Assembly: GCA_034667685.1 (NCBI GenBank) | Contig: JAXDQU010000064.1 | Span: forward strand, 1-23,929 | Source of the DNA: Thermoplasmata archaeon | GTDB taxonomy: Archaea; Thermoplasmatota; SW-10-69-26; JACQPN01; JAJPHT01 | Direction of reading: 5' to 3' | Length of the DNA stretch: 23,929 nucleotides | Program-made: the position numbers and the translations under genes | Notes under the pieces: model-generated | What the model was told of the DNA's origin: nothing | What the model saw: the letters and a program-made list of their open reading frames with translations, nothing else | Database searches by the model: none | Shown: piece by piece, positions 8,300-15,637 of the stretch | Layout of the letters: each line of letters opens with the position of its first letter | How positions within the stretch are numbered: position 1 is the first letter of the stretch

Positions 8300-8908
8300 C
8301 TAGCAGACGGCCCGGGGATCGAACGCCGGCATCGCGTCCTCGTAGGCCTGGATCTGCGCGTCGGTCTCGTTGCCGTAGACGAGCAGGTAGCGCATCCGGT
8401 CCTGGAGCGGGGTGCCGACGTCCGCCGGGCCGCGCCAGGCCGTGTCGTTGTCGCTGACGTAGAGACGCAGCGCGTGCGTGGCGTCCGTCCTGAAGGCGCC
8501 CGAGACGGAGGCGCCGGCGGGAAGCGCGAGCCGGTCCGCGGTGAGGTTGCCGCCCTGGCGCGCCCAGGCCACGTTGAACAGCGCCGCGAGCGAGCCCTGC
8601 CCCTCCCCGCCTCGTTGTGGATCAGGTCCGGATTGCACCGGTGGAGGTGGGCCGGGAGGAAGTTGTCGCCGCCTTCGTAGAAGAGCCGGATGCCCACGCT
8701 CGTGGCCGGGTCGAAGACCACGCGCGAGCCGTTCACGTAGACCGCGAACGTCGCGTGCCAGTGGACGAGGCGCGGCGCCCGTCGTCGGCGTGGGGGTCGG
8801 GATCGGCGTCGACGCGCTCGGCGTCGACGCGGGCGAGGGGGCGCTCGCGCATCCGGCGGCCAGCACGCAGAGCGCCACGCCGATCAGGAGGAGGGACCCG
8901 GACCGCAT
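8300..8908 (-). CDS. Lipoprotein with a His-rich (HxH...HxH...HxE) putative metal-binding domain; carries two compensating frameshifts
   Basis: Lipobox VLAAG-C followed by a Pro/Thr linker. The conserved-looking HWHATFAVYVNG...AHLH...LIHNE segment lies in another frame, between an extra base at 8778-8780 and a missing base at 8610-8611. Confidence 0.75.
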   Translation of the reverse strand: MRSGSLLLIGVALCVLAAGCASAPSPASTPSASTPIPTPTPTTGAAPRPLARDVRGLRERLARGLRPGHERGHPALLRRRRQLPPGPPPPVQSGPDPQRGGEGQGSLAALFNVAWARQGGNLTADRLALPAGASVSGAFRTDATHALRLYVSDNDTAWRGPADVGTPLQDRMRYLLVYGNETDAQIQAYEDAMPAFDPRAVC

Positions 8909-8932
8909 CGGGGGCGGAGGCGCCGCCGACCG

Positions 8933-8990
8933 CTTCAAGCCCCACGCCAAGCGGGCAACCATCGCCGGGCTTGCGGGAAGCTTCAAGAGC
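8933..8990. promoter_or_regulatory. Divergent TATA-like elements (TTGAAG on minus at 8933-8938; TTCAAG on plus at 8982-8987)
   Basis: Each lies about 30 nt upstream of a start codon (8908 on minus; 9014 on plus). Confidence 0.45.
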
Positions 8991-9013
8991 ACGCAAGCCG
9001 AAATCCTTGGCGG

Positions 9014-9781
9014 GTGCCTTTGAAGACCCTCGGCGTCCAGACGTCCGACTTCTCGGCGTACTACGACCTCGTGCAAGCGCTGCGCGCGCGCGGCGTGCCC
9101 TTCGTGCCGCTGGCGCAGGGGCAGGAGATCCCGCTGCACGTGAGCGTCGTGGTCACCACGGCGCCCGAGGCGCAGGCGTTCGCGCACCCGCGCGTCGTCG
9201 TCTTCACCACGCCCGAGGCCACCATCGAGGAGGCGCTGCGCCTGCTCGACGGCCACGAGGCGTTCCGCCAATGCGTGATCGGCGTGGACCCGGGCGAGCG
9301 TCCCGGCGTCGCGGTGCTGGCCGATGGCCGCGTCGTGCGGCTGATCCACGCCGCGAACCCGGAGGCCGTGCGCCCCGCGATCGACGCCGCGCTGACCGGC
9401 TGCCCGGCCGGCCGCTTCCTGCTCAGGATCGGCGACGGCGCCCCGACGTACCGCGACCGCATCCTGCGCGGGCTGCAAGGGCTCGACGTCGCGATCGAGC
9501 TGGTCGACGAGACGCGCTCCACGCCGCCGTCGGGCTACCACGGCAACGCCGAGCGTGACACGGCGGCGGCCACCAACATCGCGCTCACGCCCGGCTCGCC
9601 CATCGACGTCGCGCTCGTCGGGCCCATCACGCCCAGCGCCGGCGAGCTGCGCGACATCCAGCGCAAGAGCCGCGTCGCGAGCCAGGGACGCCTCACCATC
9701 AACCGCGACCTCGCGCTGGGCGTCGCCCTGGGCCACTTCACGCTGGACGAGGCGCTCTCCCGCCAGTCGCAGAAGGCGTGA
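9014..9781 (+). CDS. Conserved archaeal RNase H-fold (YqgF/RuvC-like) putative nuclease
   Basis: Motifs VIGVDPG.RPGVAV, LRIGDG, ELVDET.ST, RDTAAA.NIA and the C-terminal PSAGELRDIQRKSR...TI.R.LA..VA.G..TLDEA. Start is GTG 9014 or TTG 9020. Confidence 0.8.
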   Translation: MPLKTLGVQTSDFSAYYDLVQALRARGVPFVPLAQGQEIPLHVSVVVTTAPEAQAFAHPRVVVFTTPEATIEEALRLLDGHEAFRQCVIGVDPGERPGVAVLADGRVVRLIHAANPEAVRPAIDAALTGCPAGRFLLRIGDGAPTYRDRILRGLQGLDVAIELVDETRSTPPSGYHGNAERDTAAATNIALTPGSPIDVALVGPITPSAGELRDIQRKSRVASQGRLTINRDLALGVALGHFTLDEALSRQSQKA

Positions 9782-9805
9782 CGGTCCAGCCCCGTTCAAG
9801 AACGG

Positions 9806-9813
9806 TTAATATA
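9806..9813 (+). promoter_or_regulatory. TATA box (TTAATATA) for the leaderless signal peptidase gene
   Basis: Starts 29 nt upstream of ATG 9835 and is preceded by AGAACGG. Confidence 0.7.
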
Positions 9814-9834
9814 GCTCCACCCGAGCCGCGCGTG

Positions 9835-10782
9835 ATGAGCGAACGTCCCTCCCTCGCGCGGCGCGCCTGGTCGCGCGCGTGGCGGATGGGCGAGCGCTAC
9901 CGCTTCCTGCGCGACGTGCTCGGCGGCATCCTCATCGTCGCGGTGCTCGCGGGCACGCTGGCGGCGGCGACGGGCGGCGTCTGGCCCCCGATCCTCGTCG
10001 TCGAGTCGGAGTCGATGATGCACGGCGGCGCCGAGTACCACTACGGCCGGCTCGGGAGCATCGACGTGGGCGACATCGTGTTCGTGCGCGCCGTGCACGA
10101 TCCGGCCACCGTGCACCTGTGGGTCGACGGCGGCGCCTCGCGCTACGGGCGGCCCGGCGACGTGATCACCTACGCGCAGGACGGCGACCACCTCAACACG
10201 ACGATCATCCACCGCGCGATGACGTTCATCACCGTCGTCGAGCTGCCCAACGGGTCGGTCCAATACCGCGTGAAGTGGCTCGACGGCCAGACGCGCGTCT
10301 TCGGCTCCGCGGGCGTCTACATGCCGGAGCTGGGGTTCGACGAGCGCTTCGGCTTCACGCCCGCCAACGCGTACCGGCCGGCCTACTCCGGCTTCATCAC
10401 GAAGGGCGACAACTCGTTCACCAACCCGGCCTCCGACCAGGCGCTGGGCATCTCGCAGATCGTGGACCCCGCGTGGGTCGACGGCAAGGCGTACGGCGAG
10501 GTGCCGTGGATGGGGCTCGCGAAGCTCGCGTTGCAGACGGGCGTCACGAACCCGGACGTGCCCGGCTTCTACCGCGTGGGCAACGCCTTCGCGCCGCTGG
10601 ACGCCTGGACGTGCTTCTTCGCGACACTCACCCTCGTCATCGTCGTGCCGTTGGCGCTCGACACGCTGCGGCTCTGGCGCGCCGGCCGCGAAGGGCGCGC
10701 GGCGGACAAGCTCGCCCGCAAGATGCAGCGCGAGCGTCGGCGCGAAGCGAAGGCGCAGGCCTCCGCGCAACGACGCACGTGA
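9835..10782 (+). CDS. S26-family signal peptidase I (archaeal Sec11-like, Ser/His type)
   Basis: N-terminal TM, WPP..VVESESMMH (catalytic Ser), GDVITY, IIHRA (His), GFITKGDN, DQ, GEVPW.G and a C-terminal TM. Adjacency to cdc6 is common in euryarchaea. Confidence 0.92.
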   Translation: MSERPSLARRAWSRAWRMGERYRFLRDVLGGILIVAVLAGTLAAATGGVWPPILVVESESMMHGGAEYHYGRLGSIDVGDIVFVRAVHDPATVHLWVDGGASRYGRPGDVITYAQDGDHLNTTIIHRAMTFITVVELPNGSVQYRVKWLDGQTRVFGSAGVYMPELGFDERFGFTPANAYRPAYSGFITKGDNSFTNPASDQALGISQIVDPAWVDGKAYGEVPWMGLAKLALQTGVTNPDVPGFYRVGNAFAPLDAWTCFFATLTLVIVVPLALDTLRLWRAGREGRAADKLARKMQRERRREAKAQASAQRRT

Positions 10783-10976
10783 GACCGCGTTGCTTCGTTC
10801 TGCCCTCCCGCGCAAGATGATGTGCAGTCGGATGGCTGCGCGGCGAATCTACTCAACTCGGCCGCGTCGAGGCTCGTGTGGAAACGAGCGCGCAGACGAA
10901 CGGATGCGGACTCGGCACGCGCGTTCTCGCCGTCGGCTTGCGACAGATTCGGTTCCGGTGCGACGTACTCACGACG

Positions 10977-10996
10977 TCCACTGGAAATGAGGGGGT
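10977..10996 (+). promoter_or_regulatory. Origin recognition box (ORB) TCCACTGGAAATGAGGGGGT upstream of cdc6
   Basis: Close match to the archaeal ORB (TCCAnTGGAAA plus G-string) in the 400-bp intergenic region before cdc6. Partial copies occur at 10874-10888 and 11078-11088. Confidence 0.8.
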
Positions 10997-11041
10997 CGGG
11001 CTCGAATTTTCTCGGGGAAATCGCGAGTCTCCGCCGAAGCT

Positions 11042-11056
11042 CGAAATCTATTTACA
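11042..11056 (+). promoter_or_regulatory. BRE-TATA of cdc6 (CGAAATCTATTTACA)
   Basis: The clearest BRE+TATA-like stretch upstream of cdc6. It implies a 5' leader of at least 120 nt. Confidence 0.55.
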
Positions 11057-11201
11057 TGGTCCACCGCTACTGGTGCAACCACTGAAACGGTTGCGTGCCT
11101 CCCTGGGGAGGGAACGCGGACGGCGTCCGCGGGGCGCGCAGGCGGTTCTTGCATTCTGCGAGCAGCGAACGCTCTCCAGCGGACGCGGCGCACGGGATGG
11201 G

Positions 11202-12485
11202 ATGCCCCCTTCACCGGGGACGAGCAGGAGACTGGAGGGACGACTTACGACAAGGGATGGGCTATTCGACTCGCTGCTGCGCAGCGAGCCTATGTTCAGG
11301 AACAAGGAGGTGCTCCGGCCGAGCTACACGCCCGAGGAGCTGCCCCACCGCCAGGCGCAGATCAACCAGCTCGCCACGATCCTCGTGGCGGCGCTGCGCG
11401 GCGAGACGCCCAGCAACGTCTTCATCTACGGCAAGACGGGCACGGGCAAGACGGCCGTCACGCGCTTCGTGGGCAAGGAGCTCCAGCGCACCGGCCAGGA
11501 GAAGGACCGCAACGTCTTCTTCATCTACATCAACTGCGAGCTGGTCGACACGCAGTACCGCGTGCTGACGCACATCGCGAACCACTTCATCGAGGACTGG
11601 AACGACCGCATCCCGTTCACGGGCTGGCCCACCGATGAAGTGTATGACAAGCTGAAGCGGAAGATCGACGAGAAGGACGGCGCGTGCATCATCGTCCTCG
11701 ACGAGATCGACAAGCTCGTGTTCAAGGCCGGCGACGACGTGCTCTACAACCTGAGCCGCATCAACGACGACCTGAAGCGCGCGAAGGTCTCGGTCATCGG
11801 CATCTCGAACGATCTGAAGTTCACCGAGTTCCTCGACCCGCGCGTGAAGTCGAGCCTCGGCGAGGAGGAAGTGATCTTCCCGCCCTACGACGCCGTGCAG
11901 CTCCAGGACATCCTGCGCCAGCGCGCCACGGTCGCGTTCAAGGAGGACTCGCTCGAGGTGAGCGTCATCCCGCTCTGCGCCGCGCTCGCGGCCCAGGAGC
12001 ACGGCGACGCCCGCCGCGCGCTCGACCTGCTCCGTGTCGCCGCCGAGCTGGCGGAGCGCGAGGGCCAGAAGACGATCAGCGAGAAGTACGTCCGCAAGGC
12101 GCAGAACAAGATCGAGCTCGACCGCGTCACCGAGGTCGTGCGCACGCTGCCCACGCAGAGCAAGCTCGTGCTCCTCGCCACGATCCTCGGCGAGGAGGAC
12201 GGCACCAAGGGCCTGACGACGGGCGAGGTGTACGACACGTACCGCGAGCTCTGCCAGGCCGCCCACATGGACGTGCTCACGCAGCGCCGCGTCACGGACC
12301 TCATCAGCGAGCTCGACATGCTCGGCATCCTCCAGGCGCGCGTCATCTCCAAGGGGCGCTACGGGCGCACCAAGGAGATCCAGATGAGCGTCCCGCTGGA
12401 GGAGACGAAGGCCGTGCTCCGCGAGGACGCCGTGCTGGAGCCCATCGTCGGGTTCTCGCCCAAGAAGCAGGCGCGGCTGTTCTGA
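11202..12485 (+). CDS. cdc6: Orc1/Cdc6 DNA replication initiator
   Basis: LRPSYTPEELPHR, Walker A GKTGTGKT, YINC, TGWPT, Walker B IIVLDEID, RVKSSL, GDARRALDLL and the winged helix RRVTDLISELDMLGI...SKGRYGRT. The start is uncertain (11202, ~11244 or 11292). Confidence 0.98.
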   Translation: MPPSPGTSRRLEGRLTTRDGLFDSLLRSEPMFRNKEVLRPSYTPEELPHRQAQINQLATILVAALRGETPSNVFIYGKTGTGKTAVTRFVGKELQRTGQEKDRNVFFIYINCELVDTQYRVLTHIANHFIEDWNDRIPFTGWPTDEVYDKLKRKIDEKDGACIIVLDEIDKLVFKAGDDVLYNLSRINDDLKRAKVSVIGISNDLKFTEFLDPRVKSSLGEEEVIFPPYDAVQLQDILRQRATVAFKEDSLEVSVIPLCAALAAQEHGDARRALDLLRVAAELAEREGQKTISEKYVRKAQNKIELDRVTEVVRTLPTQSKLVLLATILGEEDGTKGLTTGEVYDTYRELCQAAHMDVLTQRRVTDLISELDMLGILQARVISKGRYGRTKEIQMSVPLEETKAVLREDAVLEPIVGFSPKKQARLF

Positions 12486-12495
12486 GGGCCCCGCC

Positions 12496-13047
12496 TCACC
12501 GGCAAGGAATCCCCGGAGCGACGCACGCGACGAGATGATGCGTCACGAGCGCCGCTCCGGCGAGATCGAGGACGAGGAGTCCCAGCAAGACCCACCGGGC
12601 CCAGTCGGTCGCGCTCCAGCGGCGGATGTCGTCGTTGGCGTACTTGTCCGGATCTGCCAGGATCCTCGCCACCTTCTTCTGCGTCGCCACCGGCCCCAAG
12701 GAGAACGCGCCGAGCGCCACGCTCTCGAACCCCGGGATCGGTCCTGCGAGGCCGAGGGACGCCTCGATCATCGTCTTCTTGGCGACGAGCGCGCGGTAGT
12801 AGCCCTTGTTGGCCTTCAGCACGCGCAGCCCCACCCCGGCCAGCCCTGCCCCGCCCACGAGGACGGCGATCAGCAGGCCATCGACGATCGCGGAATCCGC
12901 GACCTGGAGGAGCGTGACGGCCGCGGCCAGGACGGACGCGTTGAGCAGGACGAAGAACTGGTTCGTCGACCCTTGCCGGTCGACCTGCGCTTCGACGAGG
13001 CCCACCGAGGGCTCGTAGAGCCTCCAATGCGATTCGGGATCGGGCAT
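12496..13047 (-). CDS. ~183-aa 3-TM membrane protein resembling RipA-family/small oligomeric pore-like proteins
   Basis: Pattern Y...DRQ..TNQFF.LLN, then two TMs, then Y.RALVAKK..IE..L, then a C-terminal TM. Start is ATG 13047 or 13059. The family is recalled from pattern only. Confidence 0.7.
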   Translation of the reverse strand: MPDPESHWRLYEPSVGLVEAQVDRQGSTNQFFVLLNASVLAAAVTLLQVADSAIVDGLLIAVLVGGAGLAGVGLRVLKANKGYYRALVAKKTMIEASLGLAGPIPGFESVALGAFSLGPVATQKKVARILADPDKYANDDIRRWSATDWARWVLLGLLVLDLAGAALVTHHLVACVAPGIPCR

Positions 13048-13090
13048 CGCGGCTTCCATGCGCCCAGGATGGAAGACCCTTCTCCAGAGG

Positions 13091-13594
13091 TCACAGCACG
13101 CCAAGGCCGTCGGCGAACCGGAAGACGCGCTCGAAGGTGGGGCTGAACGTGCCGGCGCCCTCGCGAAGGAGACGGCGGATCTCGCCGACGGGAAGGAAGC
13201 TCGCCTCCGCAACCTCCGTGGCATCCAACGTGAACGGGCCCTCGTGCTGCGCGAGGAAGACGCCGATGAACTTCCGGCGCGGACCTTCATCGAGCCACGT
13301 GGTGCCCAGGTCCCGGAGCGCATCGAGCTGGACGCCAAGCTCCTCGCGGGCTTCCCGCTGGGCAGCCGACGCGTAGGATTCGCCGGATCGGACGTGGCCC
13401 GCCACGGAGGAGCCGAGCGCGAACGAGGACGCCTTCGATGGCGCCAGGCGCTGGATCAGGATCCGCCCTCGGCCATCCAGAACGAGGACGTGGACCACGC
13501 GGAAGTTCGATCCGTCCGCCTTCAGCGCAGCACGGGATACCGCGCCGACGACGCGGTCATCGACGTCCACGGCGTCGACGATCTCCTCCGTCAC
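13091..13594 (-). CDS. NUDIX hydrolase, type-1 IDI/YfcD-like subgroup (167 aa)
   Basis: EIVDAVDVDDRVVG..SR, RVVHVLVLD..GRILIQR and the Nudix box GHVRSGESYASAAQREAREELGV. The GTG overlaps the upstream stop (GTGA). Confidence 0.9.
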   Translation of the reverse strand: MTEEIVDAVDVDDRVVGAVSRAALKADGSNFRVVHVLVLDGRGRILIQRLAPSKASSFALGSSVAGHVRSGESYASAAQREAREELGVQLDALRDLGTTWLDEGPRRKFIGVFLAQHEGPFTLDATEVAEASFLPVGEIRRLLREGAGTFSPTFERVFRFADGLGVL

Positions 13595-13767
13595 CGGCCG
13601 CCGCCCCCCTTGCGTCGTTTCGGGGCGCTGTCTCCCAGATCGTCCTGGATGACGACGAGGACGCGCCGCCCGACGTAGTCGGAGAAGCCCGAGATGCGCC
13701 CGCCCGTGCCGACCTTGGCGGGGATCATGGCGACGACGCCGTCCAGTTCCGTCCGCGAGCCAGGCAC
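13591..13767 (-). CDS. 58-aa DUF2080/AbrB-like small putative DNA-binding protein
   Basis: ELDGVVAMIPAKVGTGGRISGFSDYVGRRVLVVIQ fits a swapped-hairpin pattern. The GTG is 29 nt below a TTGAAG box (13791-13796), and the stop is coupled to the NUDIX start. Confidence 0.65.
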   Translation of the reverse strand: MPGSRTELDGVVAMIPAKVGTGGRISGFSDYVGRRVLVVIQDDLGDSAPKRRKGGGGR

Positions 13768-13797
13768 GACGCCGCATCGGCGGCTCTGAGCTTCAAC

Positions 13798-13854
13798 ATT
13801 CCCAATCCGGGAACGTAAAACCATTTGGGGGAATCTTTGGGAATATTTGGGAAT
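13798..13854. repeat. Phased TTTGGGAAT direct repeats plus one inverted copy; candidate operator array
   Basis: ATTTGGGGGAAT 13823-13834, CTTTGGGAAT 13835-13844, ATTTGGGAAT 13845-13854 and inverted ATTCCCAA 13798-13805. Confidence 0.75.
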
Positions 13855-13898
13855 GGCGGGAGATCAAGATTCTTCCGTCCCGAAGCGCTGCGTCTCGC

Positions 13899-14381
13899 GT
13901 GCGCCGCCTCGACGTCCTCGTCCTGATCCTCGCGGGGCTCGTGATGCTCGCGGGGCCGCTCATGGCGCTCCAGGAGCTGGCGAAGGCGCGGGACGTGGAG
14001 GCGCGCAGCGCGCTGCTGGATCCCGCGGCCGCGCCCAGCGACCTCGACGTCGGGTTCCGCGACGTCTGGCGCAGCGCGCTGCTCGTGCTCACGCTGGCGC
14101 TCGACGTGGCCGGGTGCGTCGTGATGCTGCGGATCGGGCGGCAGGCGCGCGTCCGCGCGGCGAGCGGCCGGCTGCTCGGGCTCCTCGTCGCGGGCCTCGC
14201 GTGGCTGGACCTCGCGTTCCTCTTCGACGCCCGCTACCTCGCGTTCTCGCCCTACGCCTTGCGCGCGCTCGTCGTGTCGTGGCTCTACCCCGCGGGCGCG
14301 CTGCTCGTGGCGGGCAGCGTGTTCAGGCTCGGGGACGTGGAAGCCTTGGTATCAAACCAGGGGCCCGCCGCCCTCGGTTGA
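13899..14381 (+). CDS. 160-aa hypothetical membrane protein (~4 TM)
   Basis: Four hydrophobic segments and GC3-rich codons. Confidence 0.75.
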   Translation: MRRLDVLVLILAGLVMLAGPLMALQELAKARDVEARSALLDPAAAPSDLDVGFRDVWRSALLVLTLALDVAGCVVMLRIGRQARVRAASGRLLGLLVAGLAWLDLAFLFDARYLAFSPYALRALVVSWLYPAGALLVAGSVFRLGDVEALVSNQGPAALG

Positions 14382-15047
14382 CTGCGTGCCCTCGCCGACG
14401 CCCGCGAGGTGCGCCTTGTCGTTGAGGTAGAGCGCGCGCCACCCTTCGGACCACGGCTTCGCGTCGTCGTGCGCCAGGAGCGAGACCGACGTGTTGCCCT
14501 GGCCGAACGCGTCCATCTTCGCGAGGTCCTGATGCAGTAGCCCGGCGAGGAGGATCTTGTTGATGCGGCCATGCGCGACCGTGGCGAGCGTCTGGCCGCG
14601 GTGATGGTCGAGCGCCGCGAAGAGGCCCGCGCTCGCGCGCTCCCACGCGCCGCGCGGCGACTCGCCGCCGGGCACCGCGAGATCGACCTGGCCCGCGGTC
14701 CACGCGCGGTGCATCTCCTTCATCGCCGCGAGCGTCTCGCCCTCCTCCGTCTTGCCCAGGTGGATGCCCCACGAGAACTCGATCAGCCACGGCGCCGGGT
14801 GCAGGTGCCGCGCGTGCGCGCCGCGCATCACGGCCTCGGCCGTCTCCCACGCGCGCTTCAGCGGGCTCGCGAAGATCGTGTGCAGCTCCAGCCGGTGCTC
14901 CACGCGCTCGCGCGCGAACCGGGCCTCGAGCGCCTTGGCCTGCGAGAGCCCGCGCGGGTTGAGGCTGTCGTCGATGAGCGGGCCCTGGATGCGGCGCGCG
15001 ACGTTGTGGTCCGTCTCGCCGTGACGGATCATGTAGAGTCGGGTCAA
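14352..15047 (-). CDS. Histidine phosphatase (phosphoglycerate mutase family), 231 aa
   Basis: TTG start, then RLYMIRHGET..N, SPLKRA.ETA, L.E..WG, PGGES, VAHG, N.S.S and LND.AHL. Confidence 0.93.
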   Translation of the reverse strand: MTRLYMIRHGETDHNVARRIQGPLIDDSLNPRGLSQAKALEARFARERVEHRLELHTIFASPLKRAWETAEAVMRGAHARHLHPAPWLIEFSWGIHLGKTEEGETLAAMKEMHRAWTAGQVDLAVPGGESPRGAWERASAGLFAALDHHRGQTLATVAHGRINKILLAGLLHQDLAKMDAFGQGNTSVSLLAHDDAKPWSEGWRALYLNDKAHLAGVGEGTQSTEGGGPLV

Positions 15048-15138
15048 ACGTGGCGCAGGCGACCGCCGGACGTTTCTGGATTGCGGGTCGCTCGCCACAA
15101 GCAGAACCTTCAATATCCAAGCGCGCCACAATGGCCAC

Positions 15139-15390
15139 GTCCGACGGACCGGACACTTATGGAGGTGGCGAACTGCAAGACGACAATCGTACTCTGACTC
15201 GACCCGCCAAGGACCGCCGCAGCAACTGGGGCCGCTCCGACCCCATCTGAGGCCGCCCGCGTCCGTCAGCACCAACAGGTGATCGGCCCGGGTGGGCTCT
15301 CGGAGCCCGTCCCAAGGCCCCGTCCTTGGCGTCCCGTGCGCGCGTGCGCATGGGCACCGGCGCGCCCCGCGCGCGCCGTCCCCTTTTTCT
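15139..15390 (+). ncRNA. Candidate small transcript: structured RNA and/or a 25-aa small ORF followed by a hairpin array
   Basis: TTCAATAT box at 15109-15116, GACGGAC/GTCCGTC pairing (15143-15149 with 15261-15267), four tandem hairpins at 15290-15377 and a T5 tract at 15384-15388. No known family was recognised. Confidence 0.35.
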
Positions 15391-15413
15391 GGCCTTCCTT
15401 CCCTCAGCGCAGC

Positions 15414-15635
15414 GTGAACGCGCGCGACGTCGTGTGCCCCAAGTGCCGCGCTGCGAGGGGCGAGCCCTGCCGCGCGAGCGAGGCGCCGCACCGCGAACGC
15501 GCGCTCGCGGCGGCTGCCCTGGCGCGCATGCCCGCGTCGCGCGAGGATGACACGCCCGAGGCCCGCGCCACGCGCGCGGCGCGCCAACGCCAGCAGGCGC
15601 GCGCGAAGGATCCGCGGATGGACAACGACTGGTGA
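15414..15635 (+). CDS. 73-aa small zinc-finger protein (CPxC...GEPC...HxxR)
   Basis: VVCPKCRAARGEPCR...PHRER provides a C3H ligand set. GTG start at 15414. Confidence 0.7.
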   Translation: MNARDVVCPKCRAARGEPCRASEAPHRERALAAAALARMPASREDDTPEARATRAARQRQQARAKDPRMDNDW

Positions 15636-15637
15636 TA

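Noticed and set aside
2204-8457. Long overlapping ORFs such as 2204-4276 (+), 2568-4997 (-), 4553-6148 (-) and 6298-8457 (+)
   Set aside because: These are Arg/Gly/Ala-rich shadow frames of real genes, expected in high-GC DNA, and carry no motifs.
10878-11201. 108-aa N-terminal extension of Cdc6 in the ORF track
   Set aside because: It runs through the ORB and the promoter, has atypical codons and does not resemble Cdc6.
13091-13594. Assigning the symbol idi
   Set aside because: The catalytic Cys and the typical metal-binding His pattern of type-1 IDI are not evident, so only NUDIX membership is supported.
13798-13854. TTTGGGAAT repeats as a CRISPR array
   Set aside because: The units are ~10 nt and contiguous, with no spacers and no cas genes.
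12486-13898. Integrated provirus or IS element
   Set aside because: No integrase, transposase, terminal repeats, target duplication or tRNA target was found.
15159-15635. tmRNA-like tag, or selenocysteine read-through joining MEVANCKTTIVL to the zinc-finger frame
   Set aside because: There is no tRNA-like domain, the read-through product is low-complexity, and no SECIS was recognised.
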